Source: an uncultured Nitrospiraceae bacterium (lineage in GTDB: Bacteria; Nitrospirota; Thermodesulfovibrionia; Thermodesulfovibrionales; SM23-35). From it: a DNA stretch of 64,000 bases. Each line of letters opens with the position of its first letter. Within the stretch, counting starts at the first letter, position 1. This document shows, one piece after another, positions 29,363 through 39,226 of this stretch. Where the stretch lies: assembly GCA_963727775.1 (NCBI GenBank), contig CAVSHB010000001.1, positions 832,001 to 896,000 of the forward strand. The letters are read 5' to 3'. A model generated the notes under the pieces. The model saw nothing but the letters and a program-made list of their open reading frames with translations. It did no database searches and was not told the DNA's origin. A program made the translations under genes and the position numbers.

Positions 29363-30643
29363 ATGGCAGGAAAGGACATTATCATGCTAAGCCAGCAGGA
29401 CCTGAAGCGGCTTCATGTTATCGAGAAGGTGCATGAAGGGGCAATCAAGCAGGTAAGTGCAGCACCGTTGCTTTCGTTGAGCACTCGCCAGATACGGCGA
29501 CTACTCAGCCGGATAAGGAAGGAGGGTCAGCGTGGCATAGTTCACCAATCCAGGGGGAAGCCTTCCAACAGGAGATATCCTGATACGGTAAAGAATAAGG
29601 CGATAGCGCTTTATCGACAGAGGTATCGGGGATTTGGTCCAACCCTGGCTGCAGAGAAGCTCTCTGAGGAGAACGGCATCAGGATAACCGATGAGACCTT
29701 ACGGAAGTGGCTGATAGCGTCTGGGGACTGGCAGAAGGCCCGCAAAAAGTCAGTACACCGTCAGTGGAGGGAGCGGAAGCAGCACTGCGGGGCGATGGTG
29801 CAGATGGACGGCTCTCATCACGACTGGTTTGAGGGTAGAGGTCCCAAGTGCGTCCTCATGGGTTACATCGACGATGCCACAAACAGGGCCTATGGCAGGT
29901 TTTATGAATATGAAGGGACTATGCCGGCAATGGACGGCTTTAAACGCTACATCAAGAAGCATGGGATACCCCTGCGCGTCTACTTGGATAAGCACGGAGC
30001 CTATAAATCAAACGGCAAGCCGACGATTGAGGAAGAATTGCAAGGGATTGGACCACTCAGTGAGTTTGAGCGGGCTTTAAGTGAACTCGCAGTAGAGGTC
30101 ATCAATGCCAACTCTCCACAGGCAAAGGGCAGGATTGAGAGGTTCTTTGGCACCCTTCAGGACAGACTGGTGAAAGAGATGCGCTTAAAGAACATTACGT
30201 CCATAAAAGAGGCAAACACATTCCTTGATCAGTATTGGCCCGCTTACAACAGAAGGTTTGCCGTCAGGCCGGTGCGCAAAGAAGATCTCCACCGCGACAT
30301 TCCCCAAGGACTAACCCTTGACAATGTTTTTTGCGTAAAGACCAAAAGAACGCTCCGCAATGACTTTACCGTAGCTCACAATAGGAAACTCTATCAGGTA
30401 CATAGCCATGTCCGTGCCTCGGCAGTAGTTGTTCAAGACAGACTGGATGGTTCCATGGTCATAACGCATAAGGATAGACCATTGCAATTCACGGAGATCG
30501 CCTCGCGACCAGTGAAAGAAAAGAAGCTCTCACTCCAATCCCATAGAAAGATCATCCGTCCGACACAACACCACCCTTGGAAAAACCTTAAGTTCGGCAA
30601 ACGCCGACATGAACAAGGACACCTCATAGGATCACTATCATGA
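29363..30643 (+). CDS. IS1202/ISNCY transposase (rve DDE)
   Basis: AGGAGG RBS; FGPTLAAEKL, QMDGSHHDW, YIDDAT, SPQAKGRIERFFGTLQDRL. Confidence 0.95.
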   Translation: MAGKDIIMLSQQDLKRLHVIEKVHEGAIKQVSAAPLLSLSTRQIRRLLSRIRKEGQRGIVHQSRGKPSNRRYPDTVKNKAIALYRQRYRGFGPTLAAEKLSEENGIRITDETLRKWLIASGDWQKARKKSVHRQWRERKQHCGAMVQMDGSHHDWFEGRGPKCVLMGYIDDATNRAYGRFYEYEGTMPAMDGFKRYIKKHGIPLRVYLDKHGAYKSNGKPTIEEELQGIGPLSEFERALSELAVEVINANSPQAKGRIERFFGTLQDRLVKEMRLKNITSIKEANTFLDQYWPAYNRRFAVRPVRKEDLHRDIPQGLTLDNVFCVKTKRTLRNDFTVAHNRKLYQVHSHVRASAVVVQDRLDGSMVITHKDRPLQFTEIASRPVKEKKLSLQSHRKIIRPTQHHPWKNLKFGKRRHEQGHLIGSLS

Positions 30644-30690
30644 AAACCGGACATTTCTATTTTGGTAAAAACCGGACATTTCTATTTTGG
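30643..30690 (+). repeat. Two 23-bp direct repeats in the IS right end (transposase-binding sites)
   Basis: AAAACCGGACATTTCTATTTTGG at 30643-30665 and 30668-30690. Confidence 0.85.
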
Positions 30691-30836
30691 CTTGACACTG
30701 TCAATGTAAGTTCTTGCAAAATTTGGGTTCTTATGATAGATTTATTACGGCTTCAGGATACATGGGGGGTTCGGACTTAGTCCTTGAGTTTTCTTTTATT
30801 AAATATCTTTATAAAAAATTGCAGACGGAGTTTCAT

Positions 30837-31826
30837 GTGGACACGGATATATTGACTCAGCCTCCCCCGATTATGGGGAAAAGCCCGAAGATTTTTAAGG
30901 TTTTCAGGGAAATAAAGAGGATAGCGCACAAGGACTTGCCTGTACTTATATCGGGGGAAACCGGAACATGTAAAGAACTCGTTGCAAGGGCGATTCATCA
31001 TAATAGTCCACGGACCGGCGGTCCTTTTATCACAGTAAGCATGACATCGGCCCCGGGAGAACCCGCAGAACCGGGATTGTTCGGATTCACAGGGTCTGCA
31101 GTAAAAAGAGCCGGTAAGATAGACGAGGCACATGGAGGTACCGTCTTTGTCGATGAAATTTCAGAGATTGATATGAACCAGCAGGAAAAACTCCTCTGCT
31201 TTCTCAAGGAAAAAAGCGGCCTTGCCGGTAACAGTGACTTCTGTAAATCGGATGTAAGGTTAATAGGCGCAACCAGCAGAAACCTTAAAGAGGCTGTAGC
31301 TGACGGCCGCTTCAGAAAAGACCTTTATGATATTTTCAGCAGTGTTCACATCAAGATACCTCCTCTCAGGGAGAGGAAGGAAGATATTATCTTTCTTTCA
31401 AAGTATTTATTGGATAAAGCGGTCGAGAAGTTTGAGACAGGCCCTAAAGAATTTTCGAAAGAGGCGAGGGACTTTCTGCTGCAGCATCACTGGCCGTTTA
31501 ATATGCGCGAAATTGAGAACACCATTAAGAGAGCTGTGGTTCTCTCCAAGGGATCGGTCATACAGAAAAAAGACCTCATCGGTGAGGATATAGGTTCCTG
31601 CTCTATAAAAGAGTTTCTCGAAGAAAAACTCAACCGCTATCTGAAAGAAATGACGAAACTCGAAAACTGCAATCTCTATGATACCGTGCTCTCGGAAGTG
31701 GAAAGTTCACTTATTTCTATCGTCCTCAAGGAGACTGAAGGCAACCAGTTAAGGGCCGCGAAGACGCTCGGCATCAATAGGAACACCTTAAGAGCAAAGA
31801 TCAAAGAATATAAAATCCGTTTGTAG
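30837..31826 (+). CDS. Atypical NtrC-like AAA+ / Fis-HTH regulator without sensor domain
   Basis: GETGTCKE, VFVDEI, PPLRERKEDI, GNQLRAAKTLGINRNTLR; GTG 30837 is the likely start, downstream of TTGCAA-17-TAGATT at 30714. Confidence 0.82.
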   Translation: MDTDILTQPPPIMGKSPKIFKVFREIKRIAHKDLPVLISGETGTCKELVARAIHHNSPRTGGPFITVSMTSAPGEPAEPGLFGFTGSAVKRAGKIDEAHGGTVFVDEISEIDMNQQEKLLCFLKEKSGLAGNSDFCKSDVRLIGATSRNLKEAVADGRFRKDLYDIFSSVHIKIPPLRERKEDIIFLSKYLLDKAVEKFETGPKEFSKEARDFLLQHHWPFNMREIENTIKRAVVLSKGSVIQKKDLIGEDIGSCSIKEFLEEKLNRYLKEMTKLENCNLYDTVLSEVESSLISIVLKETEGNQLRAAKTLGINRNTLRAKIKEYKIRL

Positions 31827-32072
31827 CCCAAACGTAGTGAGCATTTCTGAAGAACATGAGAAAGGGTATCCAACCCTTCACATTCTTTTAATATTATCTT
31901 CATCACTTCTTCATATTTATATCCTAATCTAATGATAAGTGGGCATTTTCTTCATCTTTCTGCAGCCGGCTCTTCCAACCTGTAATAACGGCTTGTGGCA
32001 GCGCACTTAAAGAGAAAAAGCAGCACTAAAAATAAACATTTGATAAGATAGCAAATAGAAGAAAGAGAAAAT

Positions 32073-32477
32073 ATGAAAAGGTCATTTTATGTAATAATCA
32101 TGTCTGTTTTTATTGGTTTGTTTTCGATACCGGTAACGATTTATGCACAATCTGACCAGGATGCAACAATAGTCTTTCCAATAGAGCAACCACTCGCCTG
32201 TAAAAGCGCCTCATCGGTCAGACACTCTTTTATCGTAAAACTTAAAGATGAAATATCCTCAATCCTTAGTAAGATTAAATCTAAAATAACGGGAAAAGGC
32301 GGCAGTTTCGATGGCAATAAGGAATGTGGCTCCTTTGAGGGCAAGTCAGTGCTCGGAACAATTAAGGTAGAGTATCGCAGTATTTCCGATAACGAAATAG
32401 AAATTACCATTAAGGACAAACCGTTTGTTATCCCTTACAGCACGATTGAATTTGAGATAAAGAAATATCTCAGTTAG
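32073..32477 (+). CDS. Exported hypothetical protein
   Basis: Signal peptide; clean ORF. Confidence 0.6.
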   Translation: MKRSFYVIIMSVFIGLFSIPVTIYAQSDQDATIVFPIEQPLACKSASSVRHSFIVKLKDEISSILSKIKSKITGKGGSFDGNKECGSFEGKSVLGTIKVEYRSISDNEIEITIKDKPFVIPYSTIEFEIKKYLS

Positions 32478-32680
32478 TGACTTCGCACAATTATATTTTT
32501 CACGCCTATTCAAGCTTCAGCAACTGGGACCTCTCAATAGAGCGCGTATTGAAGAAAAAAATGGTTTGACAAACCGGACGCAATTGATATTATCTATTCG
32601 TATAATGGGTTTAAAATGCGACGACTTGGTGCAAGGATGTTATTGTATAAACAAACTATAGATAAACTGAGGAGCGTGGG

Positions 32681-34843
32681 GTGGAAGCTATGAAGTGCTG
32701 GGAAGTTTTTGAATGCAGGGAAAAAGAATGCCCGGCTTATAAGGCAAAGGCTCTCAATTGCTGGCTGTTCTCGGAAACCCATTGCCGTAACGAGATTCAG
32801 GGGAAATTCCTTGAGAAGATGGAGATGTGCCTCGGGTGCAGGGTTTTTAAAATAAATATGGATGTTGAAGGGATGAAAGATACCATCAGCGTTGCCAATA
32901 AACAGTTCAAGGAGTTCAGAAATATCGTCCGCAGCCGGGACAAGGAACTGGAGAATATCGGGTTGGAATTAGCTTTGGGCCTCTCGGAGGTCTTTGAGGC
33001 TTTAAAGAAGATTTCATCGGGAGACCCCACTGTAAGAATCCCCGAAAAATCCAGCATAGAGCTGATAGGCAAATTAAAGCATATCGTTAATTTAACTGCT
33101 GAAGAGATCGGTGAAATCGTTGATCAGTCTCATGAATTTGCGATAGTCCTTGCCGAGCATTTTGACGTATTGCATAAGGTATCGACGGGCGACCTGCGCG
33201 CAAGGGTGTCCGGCAAGTCGCAGATTGAACTGCTGGAGTCCCTGAAGAAGGTAATGAACAAGACAATCGAAAGTATTTCAAAAGAAATCAAAGAACGTAA
33301 TCGAGCAGAGGCTGCGTTGAAGAAGGCGCATGATGAACTCGAACAACGCGTTGAAGACCGCACCGCGGAACTGACGGAGGCAAATGAAAAAATGAGACAG
33401 GAAATTGCCGAGCGCAAACGGGTTGAAGAGGCGCTGCGGGAAAGCGAGATCAGGTTCCGCCGTGTGACGGAAGCCGCTTTTGAAGGTGTTGCGGTAACGA
33501 AGGGAGGCACATTAATTGACGTCAGTGCAAAGTTGGCAAAGTTGTTCGGGTATTTACGGAAGGAACTCATCGGGAAGTCTCTTGAAGGCCTTATAGCGCC
33601 AAAAACCCGTAAAGATACAATCGCGAAAATCCTTTCCGGGTATAGCATGTCTTATGAGAGCCTGTGCTTAAGGAAGGACGGGACAGTATTCCCTGTAGAA
33701 GTTTGCGGAAAGAACTATTCATCGAAGGGAAAAGAGCTCTGCGTTACGGCTATCCGCGATATTACCAAACGCAGGCTTCGGGAAGACGTGCTCCAGGAAA
33801 GTGAGGAGAAATATAAAACGCTGACGGAAAATTCACTGACAGGGATATTCATACACCAGAATGGGATGTTCGTTTTTGTCAATGATAAATTCGCAAAAAT
33901 GCACGGCTACAAACCCGAAGAGTTGCTGCATAAAGAACATTGGGTATTAGTCCATCCCGATGAAAGAAAACTCCTGAAGGAATTTGCTATGAAAAGGCTG
34001 GAAGGAAAACCTGTACCGCAACAATATGAAGTACGCAGGATGACAAAGGACGGAAAGACCATTTGGTGTGAGATGATGGCCACCGTTATTCAATATAGAG
34101 GCAAACCGGCAATCATGGGGAATGTTACTGATATTACAGAGCGGAAGCTGGCGGAGAGCGCCATTAAAAAAAGTGAAGAGCAGCTGCGGAATCTCACTTC
34201 ATATTTGCAAAAGGTCGGAGAGATAGAGAGAACGAATATTGCGCGTGAGATCCATGATGAATTGGGCCAGACCTTGACGGTCTTGAAAATGGATCTGTCT
34301 TGGCTGAGCCGGAGATTGGAGGATAATCAAATATCGCTGCTCGAAAAAACAGACGCAATGTCACACCTGATCAGTAAAACAATCCAGACCGTAAAAAAGA
34401 TTTCCACAGAACTGCGCCCCGGATTGCTGGATGACCTCGGTCTCTCAGCCGCTATCGAGTGGCAGGCCGAAGAATTTCAGAAACGGACAGGTATAAAATG
34501 TAAAATATCAATGGAACCTAAAGACATCACTTTTGACAGAGACCGCAATACCGCTATTTTTCGTATTTTTCAGGAGACTTTGACGAATATCGCGCGGCAT
34601 GCGGGGGCAACGGAAGTGAGCGTTAGCTTAAAACAAAAAGTGGGCCGGATAGAACTGACCGTGCGTGATAACGGCAGGGGAATTACCGAGGAGGAACTTG
34701 CCAACCCGAAATCGTTCGGGCTTATCGGTATCAGAGAACGCGTAAAAATATTCGGCGGAAATAACACAATAAAAGGTGTGCCCGGGCAGGGAACCACAGT
34801 GACTGTGAGAATGCCGGTCCGTGATATGATGGGAAATCGATGA
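32681..34843 (+). CDS. Soluble sensor kinase: two-CW, 2x HAMP-like, 2x PAS, HisKA_3, HATPase (NarX/UhpB class)
   Basis: N-terminal Cys motif; ISSGDPTVRI / VSTGDLRARV repeats; PAC motifs RKDG and TKDG; IAREIHDELGQ; FQETLTNIARH; no TM segment. Confidence 0.92.
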   Translation: MEAMKCWEVFECREKECPAYKAKALNCWLFSETHCRNEIQGKFLEKMEMCLGCRVFKINMDVEGMKDTISVANKQFKEFRNIVRSRDKELENIGLELALGLSEVFEALKKISSGDPTVRIPEKSSIELIGKLKHIVNLTAEEIGEIVDQSHEFAIVLAEHFDVLHKVSTGDLRARVSGKSQIELLESLKKVMNKTIESISKEIKERNRAEAALKKAHDELEQRVEDRTAELTEANEKMRQEIAERKRVEEALRESEIRFRRVTEAAFEGVAVTKGGTLIDVSAKLAKLFGYLRKELIGKSLEGLIAPKTRKDTIAKILSGYSMSYESLCLRKDGTVFPVEVCGKNYSSKGKELCVTAIRDITKRRLREDVLQESEEKYKTLTENSLTGIFIHQNGMFVFVNDKFAKMHGYKPEELLHKEHWVLVHPDERKLLKEFAMKRLEGKPVPQQYEVRRMTKDGKTIWCEMMATVIQYRGKPAIMGNVTDITERKLAESAIKKSEEQLRNLTSYLQKVGEIERTNIAREIHDELGQTLTVLKMDLSWLSRRLEDNQISLLEKTDAMSHLISKTIQTVKKISTELRPGLLDDLGLSAAIEWQAEEFQKRTGIKCKISMEPKDITFDRDRNTAIFRIFQETLTNIARHAGATEVSVSLKQKVGRIELTVRDNGRGITEEELANPKSFGLIGIRERVKIFGGNNTIKGVPGQGTTVTVRMPVRDMMGNR

Positions 34844-35472
34844 TTAAGATTCTCATTGCCGACGACCATACGATTTTTCGTGAAGGACTGAAACATATCC
34901 TGGCAGAATACCCTGATGTGACCGTCACCGATGAAGCGAGTAACGGCCGTGAAGTCCTCGATAAAATCTGGAACAATGATTATGATATGGTCCTGCTCGA
35001 TATCTCCATGCCCGGAATGACCGGGCTTGAAGCGCTGAAACAGCTGAAAAATGAAAAACCTAAACTTCCCGTGCTTGTCTTAAGCATGCATCCTGAAGAA
35101 CAATATGCGGTTCGTGCCCTCAGGGCAGGCGCTTCCGGATACCTGACGAAAGAGAGCGCGCCTGATGAGTTGATGACTGCAATAAGGAAGATATCTCAAG
35201 GCAGAAAATATATCACTTCCTCTTTGGCTGAAAGATTGGCCTTCGAGGTTGAAGCCGATTCTGAAAAGCCTTTGCACGATATACTTTCGGACCGGGAATA
35301 CCAGGTGCTTCGCATGATCGCCGAGGGGAAGACGGTAAAACATATTGCCGAAGAACTTTCCCTGAGCATGAAGACCGTCAGTACCTATCGGACCCGGATC
35401 ATGGAAAAGATGAAAATGACTACAAACGCGGAACTGATGCATTACGCGATGAAACATCATATCCTGGACTGA
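34840..35472 (+). CDS. NarL/UvrY(GacA)-family response regulator
   Basis: IADDH, LLDISMP, LSDREYQV, KTVSTYRTRIMEK. Confidence 0.95.
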   Translation: MIKILIADDHTIFREGLKHILAEYPDVTVTDEASNGREVLDKIWNNDYDMVLLDISMPGMTGLEALKQLKNEKPKLPVLVLSMHPEEQYAVRALRAGASGYLTKESAPDELMTAIRKISQGRKYITSSLAERLAFEVEADSEKPLHDILSDREYQVLRMIAEGKTVKHIAEELSLSMKTVSTYRTRIMEKMKMTTNAELMHYAMKHHILD

Positions 35473-35508
35473 TTCAGCTTATCCCGCCATTCAACACATA
35501 TCTGCCGT

Positions 35509-35573
35509 TGTAGGACAAAACCTTACCCCCAAAAGGCCGGAAGACCGACAAAATTATCAGACAAATGCCGATA
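35509..35573 (+). promoter_or_regulatory. Putative phased response-regulator binding boxes
   Basis: TGTAGG-N7-CTTACC, (AAAGGC)-N7-CCGACA, TATCAG-N7-CCGATA at a 23-bp period. Confidence 0.55.
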
Positions 35574-35666
35574 TTTTTTCTTGCTTCCATATATCAAAAT
35601 TAAGTATGGATAAAAGAAAAAGAGCGCATCTAAAATTGTACACCGATTAAGTAGCAAGAGGTCCAT

Positions 35667-36713
35667 ATGAAAGAATCGGATAGTTACGCAAAGAACATTG
35701 ACTTATACGAAGAAAGAGAAGCGTACGATTTCCAGGGATTAAGCGACTGTGATACGGACATGTTGTTCCAACCCGAGTTGGAGTATCCTTCAGAGCAGGC
35801 CTTTAATATAGAGGATGAAGTTATAGCCGATCAAAAAACTTCTTGCGAAGGAGTGGTGAAGGAACACCCAACATACGGTGAAACTGAAGACCTTGTCCAG
35901 GCGTACTTCCACTCCCTGGGAGATATTTCGATACTTACGAAAGCCGAAGAAACAGCGCTCGCAAGAAGAATAGAGGAAGGGAATGAAGCTGCTGAAGCAA
36001 AGAACGAAATGATAATCCGCAACCTGAGGCTGGTAATAAATATAGCCAAACACTATATCGGCAGAGGGCTTTCGCTGCTTGATATGATTCAGGAAGGCAA
36101 TATAGGCCTTATGAAGGCGATAGACAAGTTTGACTATAAAAAGGGGTTTAAATTCAGCACCTATGCTTCATGGTGGATACGACAGGCGATTACAAAGGCG
36201 CTGTTGGACCAAACAAAGACGATCAGGGTCCCGGCGCATATAGTGGAACTTTATAACGAAGTTGTGAAGGCTTCGAAAGAACTGATATTGCAACTCGGGA
36301 GAGAACCATACACGGAGGAAATCGCAGAGCGTCTGAGGATCCCCGCAAAAAAAGTCGAACAGGTACTGAAGGCGATTCAGGACCCTGTGGCGCTCCAGAC
36401 TGCGATGGGGGATGATGATACAACGCTCGAAGATTTTATAGGCGATGATTCTCGTTCTTCGCCCTATTCAGACGCGGAAAAAAATAAAATTTCCGAACAG
36501 ATACTGAAAATCCTCCATACCCTTACCGATAGGGAGCAAACGATAATAAAAATGAGATTCGGCATCGGCCTTAACAGGACCTATACTCTAAGGGAAATAG
36601 GCAGCCGGCTTTCCATCACCTATGAAAGGGTCAGACAGATAGAGACCAAAGCCATACGGAAATTGAAGCATCCTCAACGGAGCAGGGAATTAAAGAGCTT
36701 GACAATAACTTAA
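35667..36713 (+). CDS. RpoD/RpoS-like alternative (group 2) sigma-70 factor
   Basis: [36 protein letters not shown]; lacks the non-conserved region. Confidence 0.92.
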   Translation: MKESDSYAKNIDLYEEREAYDFQGLSDCDTDMLFQPELEYPSEQAFNIEDEVIADQKTSCEGVVKEHPTYGETEDLVQAYFHSLGDISILTKAEETALARRIEEGNEAAEAKNEMIIRNLRLVINIAKHYIGRGLSLLDMIQEGNIGLMKAIDKFDYKKGFKFSTYASWWIRQAITKALLDQTKTIRVPAHIVELYNEVVKASKELILQLGREPYTEEIAERLRIPAKKVEQVLKAIQDPVALQTAMGDDDTTLEDFIGDDSRSSPYSDAEKNKISEQILKILHTLTDREQTIIKMRFGIGLNRTYTLREIGSRLSITYERVRQIETKAIRKLKHPQRSRELKSLTIT

Positions 36714-36723
36714 TTCAGGCGCC

Positions 36724-36975
36724 TTGAGAAAGAGCATGCAAATCGGCCAAAAACAGATAGAAGAACTCATGGAGGGATCGAAGGGCTTTGAAGGTTTTCA
36801 ATGTTATAAATTGGGCGTCGGAGTCCTCTGCAAAGCAGCCGATATAGGATTGGAGACGTTTCTTTTATGTTTGGAAAAAAAACCGGAGGGATGTAACTTT
36901 TCAGTGTCTTTTGGGAATGCATTATTTTGTAAATGTCCTCTACGCATCTTTATCGCAAGGGAAACGAAGGAGTAG
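36724..36975 (+). CDS. Small Cys-rich hypothetical protein
   Basis: CYK..LCKA.DIG..CLE..C.FS..FG..FCKCPLR; start uncertain. Confidence 0.6.
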   Translation: MRKSMQIGQKQIEELMEGSKGFEGFQCYKLGVGVLCKAADIGLETFLLCLEKKPEGCNFSVSFGNALFCKCPLRIFIARETKE

Positions 36976-36998
36976 ACTCGCGGTCCGGCACCCTATCT

Positions 36999-37433
36999 TC
37001 ACTCACAGGCAAAGAACGTTACATATGCTCCGGCTTTAGCGATTCCTGCATATTTTATTCTTTTGTCCAGGAGGTTTGCGTTATGTCTCCGGGAGTTCTT
37101 CCACCCATTGAATTGGTCTTCAGGCGCGGGCGAGTTCCATCCCACATTTTCAACGCAGTGCATACGCTTGCATTGTTTAAACCTCTCATCAAACGCGTTA
37201 TGGTTCAGAGAATTATTATCATTCATGTCTTTGCAGTGTTCTATTGCAAGTCTGTACAATGTTTCATCAGCGGACAGAGGATTCAATCGGTTCATTAGTC
37301 TGTAATGGTTTATAAGACGCAGGAGCCTTTCTTCATAAGTTGATGCTCTGTTCTTATCAACTGCAATTGCAGACTGCATTAACAGCGGCACTGTTAACAC
37401 CGAAGCAAGAATATAGATTAATCTGCGGCGCAT
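36999..37433 (-). CDS. CAP/SCP domain protein
   Basis: LINHYR, HCKDM, ENVG, WKNSRRHNANLL. Confidence 0.88.
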   Translation of the reverse strand: MRRRLIYILASVLTVPLLMQSAIAVDKNRASTYEERLLRLINHYRLMNRLNPLSADETLYRLAIEHCKDMNDNNSLNHNAFDERFKQCKRMHCVENVGWNSPAPEDQFNGWKNSRRHNANLLDKRIKYAGIAKAGAYVTFFACE

Positions 37434-37582
37434 GACTTTTTAGTCCCTATCATCTTTTTGATATATTCCTCAACGCAAAAGAGGGTATCGAGTTCTTTCC
37501 CCGCAATCTCTTGCAGGCGCGTCCATAACCGAACGTCTTATGAAGAGTATGCACTGAAGTGATTGAGCGGACTACATCGCTT

Positions 37583-38365
37583 TCAGGTTGTTCGGGCGTA
37601 TAAATACTCATCTATGCCGGTCTGTGATTTTAACCCTTGATATGTGATATCGGCTATCTTGAAAAGATTGACCGTGTCTTCCCTGTTGTAGGTTTTGAGG
37701 AGTTCAAGAGCCTCGCTGCTGCCTTTGTGCGCGCGCTCCCAGAGCTTGACAGCGTCGTAGCCATTGAAATCCCTGACCGTTTCATCCCTTTCGATGCCGA
37801 GATTTACTTCAAGTTTCTTGAGTCCTCCTTTGAACCCGAGCTTTTTTGACCCAAAGCAGATATCAAAATGCGGGATATCGAACTTCAGTCCGGGCATCGC
37901 TCTCATCAGGTAAGGTATATCAAAGCCGGTGCCGAAGAATGTTATGAGATATTTATATCCGGACAATTCCTTTTTCAGGTTGCCGGTAGTCAGGTTTATA
38001 TCTTTTATAAAACAGGTATAATCATATCCGTCGTACAAACCGACGACGGTTACGTATCCTCCTTTGCCTGGCATAAGCCCGTTCGTTTCGATATCCAGGC
38101 ATACCGCCCTGTTTTTGAATATATCAAAGAGCCTCCAGTGCTCTCTCCTCTTTATCGCAGTCCCGAAGTACACTGCATTGGCGTTGTCGAGTTCTATTGC
38201 TGCAGAGGACAAATACTGATCAAAAAGGTTTTTTTTATAACTGCTTATAAAATTTATATCGGATGCATCGATAAAATCAGGCCAGGTAAGTATTCCATTT
38301 CTCCAGAGTCTTTTTTCAAGCTTCTCACCGATTCCGTTTAGGATGCTGAAAGTGTTCCTTATCAT
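37583..38365 (-). CDS. RNase H-like 3'-5' exonuclease (YprB family)
   Basis: LDIETNG, FDIPYL, GGLKKLE, YNREDT. Confidence 0.88.
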   Translation of the reverse strand: MIRNTFSILNGIGEKLEKRLWRNGILTWPDFIDASDINFISSYKKNLFDQYLSSAAIELDNANAVYFGTAIKRREHWRLFDIFKNRAVCLDIETNGLMPGKGGYVTVVGLYDGYDYTCFIKDINLTTGNLKKELSGYKYLITFFGTGFDIPYLMRAMPGLKFDIPHFDICFGSKKLGFKGGLKKLEVNLGIERDETVRDFNGYDAVKLWERAHKGSSEALELLKTYNREDTVNLFKIADITYQGLKSQTGIDEYLYARTT

Positions 38366-38420
38366 TTATCTCCGGTTCTCTGAAACTGTTAATAGATTAT
38401 GATCCTTCAATTATTTAAAA

Positions 38421-39113
38421 TCATTTCTCCATTCTTTGTAAACCCTCTGCCGCCTTTTGCTGAGAAGGGTTGATTTTTATGGCCTTTTCAAATGCAGATT
38501 TCGCCCTCAATTTATAACCGAGTTCCAGGTAGATGTGTCCGAGTTCCGCAAGATAATCGGGATTCAAAGGATCGAGTTTAACGGCCTGACCAAGAATTCT
38601 GCCTGCTTCACTGAATTTATTCTCTTTCTTTAATATGATGCCGAGAAAGAAGAAGTAGGACGGTACAGAGTTGTCAAGATAAATAGCCTGTTCAAACAAC
38701 CTTTTTGCCTCGTCATACAATCCGTTGCTGAAAGCATCTTTTCCTTCCCTGAATTTAGTTCTTGCCATATCTGTATTGTTTATTCGGGCGCCGGTATCCT
38801 GTTCCGTGGAATGCCCGAATGAGAGGCTCATATCATATTGAATCCTCATCCGGGGGTCGGAGAGGATTTTATATACTTTTGTCAAATGGGAAAAGATCGC
38901 ATTCAATCTGTCTTTTAATACAGCGGAAGCGATATACGAATGTCTGTCAGGATGAAATTCTTTAGCGGCTTTATAATACGCCTTTTTGATCTCATTAAGA
39001 GTGGCGGCCTTTTCGACTCCTAAAAAGCTGTAGTTGTCGATGGAATCAATCTTCTCGTAGAGGGTATCGGCTCTCTCCGGAAAATCAGGATCTTCCTCGA
39101 TAGTATCACTCAT
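38421..39113 (-). CDS. DnaJ-domain / TPR protein
   Basis: IKKAYYKAAKEFHPD J-domain; C-terminal TPRs; may be 5'-truncated. Confidence 0.85.
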   Translation of the reverse strand: MSDTIEEDPDFPERADTLYEKIDSIDNYSFLGVEKAATLNEIKKAYYKAAKEFHPDRHSYIASAVLKDRLNAIFSHLTKVYKILSDPRMRIQYDMSLSFGHSTEQDTGARINNTDMARTKFREGKDAFSNGLYDEAKRLFEQAIYLDNSVPSYFFFLGIILKKENKFSEAGRILGQAVKLDPLNPDYLAELGHIYLELGYKLRAKSAFEKAIKINPSQQKAAEGLQRMEK

Positions 39114-39226
39114 TGCGTCTTCATGAGCCTTCGGCCTGTCCTTTTGCTTTCATGTCAATTATCCTCTGCACATCAGGGAATAAATAGTATTCATTGTCAA
39201 CAGATTATTCAGGCGTGGATAAGCGC

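Larger units (their letters stand above)
27618..30697 (+). mobile_element. IS1202-family (ISNCY) element with 16-bp target duplication, carrying a nested IS1380
   Basis: Ends TGTCACGCCAACATGATAATGTCC / GGACATTTCTATTTTGGCTTGACA; direct repeat CTGTCAATGTAAGTTC at 27602-27617 and 30698-30713. Confidence 0.92.

Noticed and set aside
30643..30690. Tandem 23-bp repeat as a mini CRISPR
   Set aside because: Only a 2-bp gap, no cas genes, and it is part of the IS end
30714..30836. N-terminal extension of the NtrC-like ORF
   Set aside because: Starts at a TTG that is the probable -35 element; GTG 30837 has a better RBS
37434..37612. Possible further hollowed gene (MSIYTPEQ... / ...LQEIAGKELDTLFCVEEYIKK)
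   Set aside because: Looks coding in two frames but the family cannot be recognised without a search
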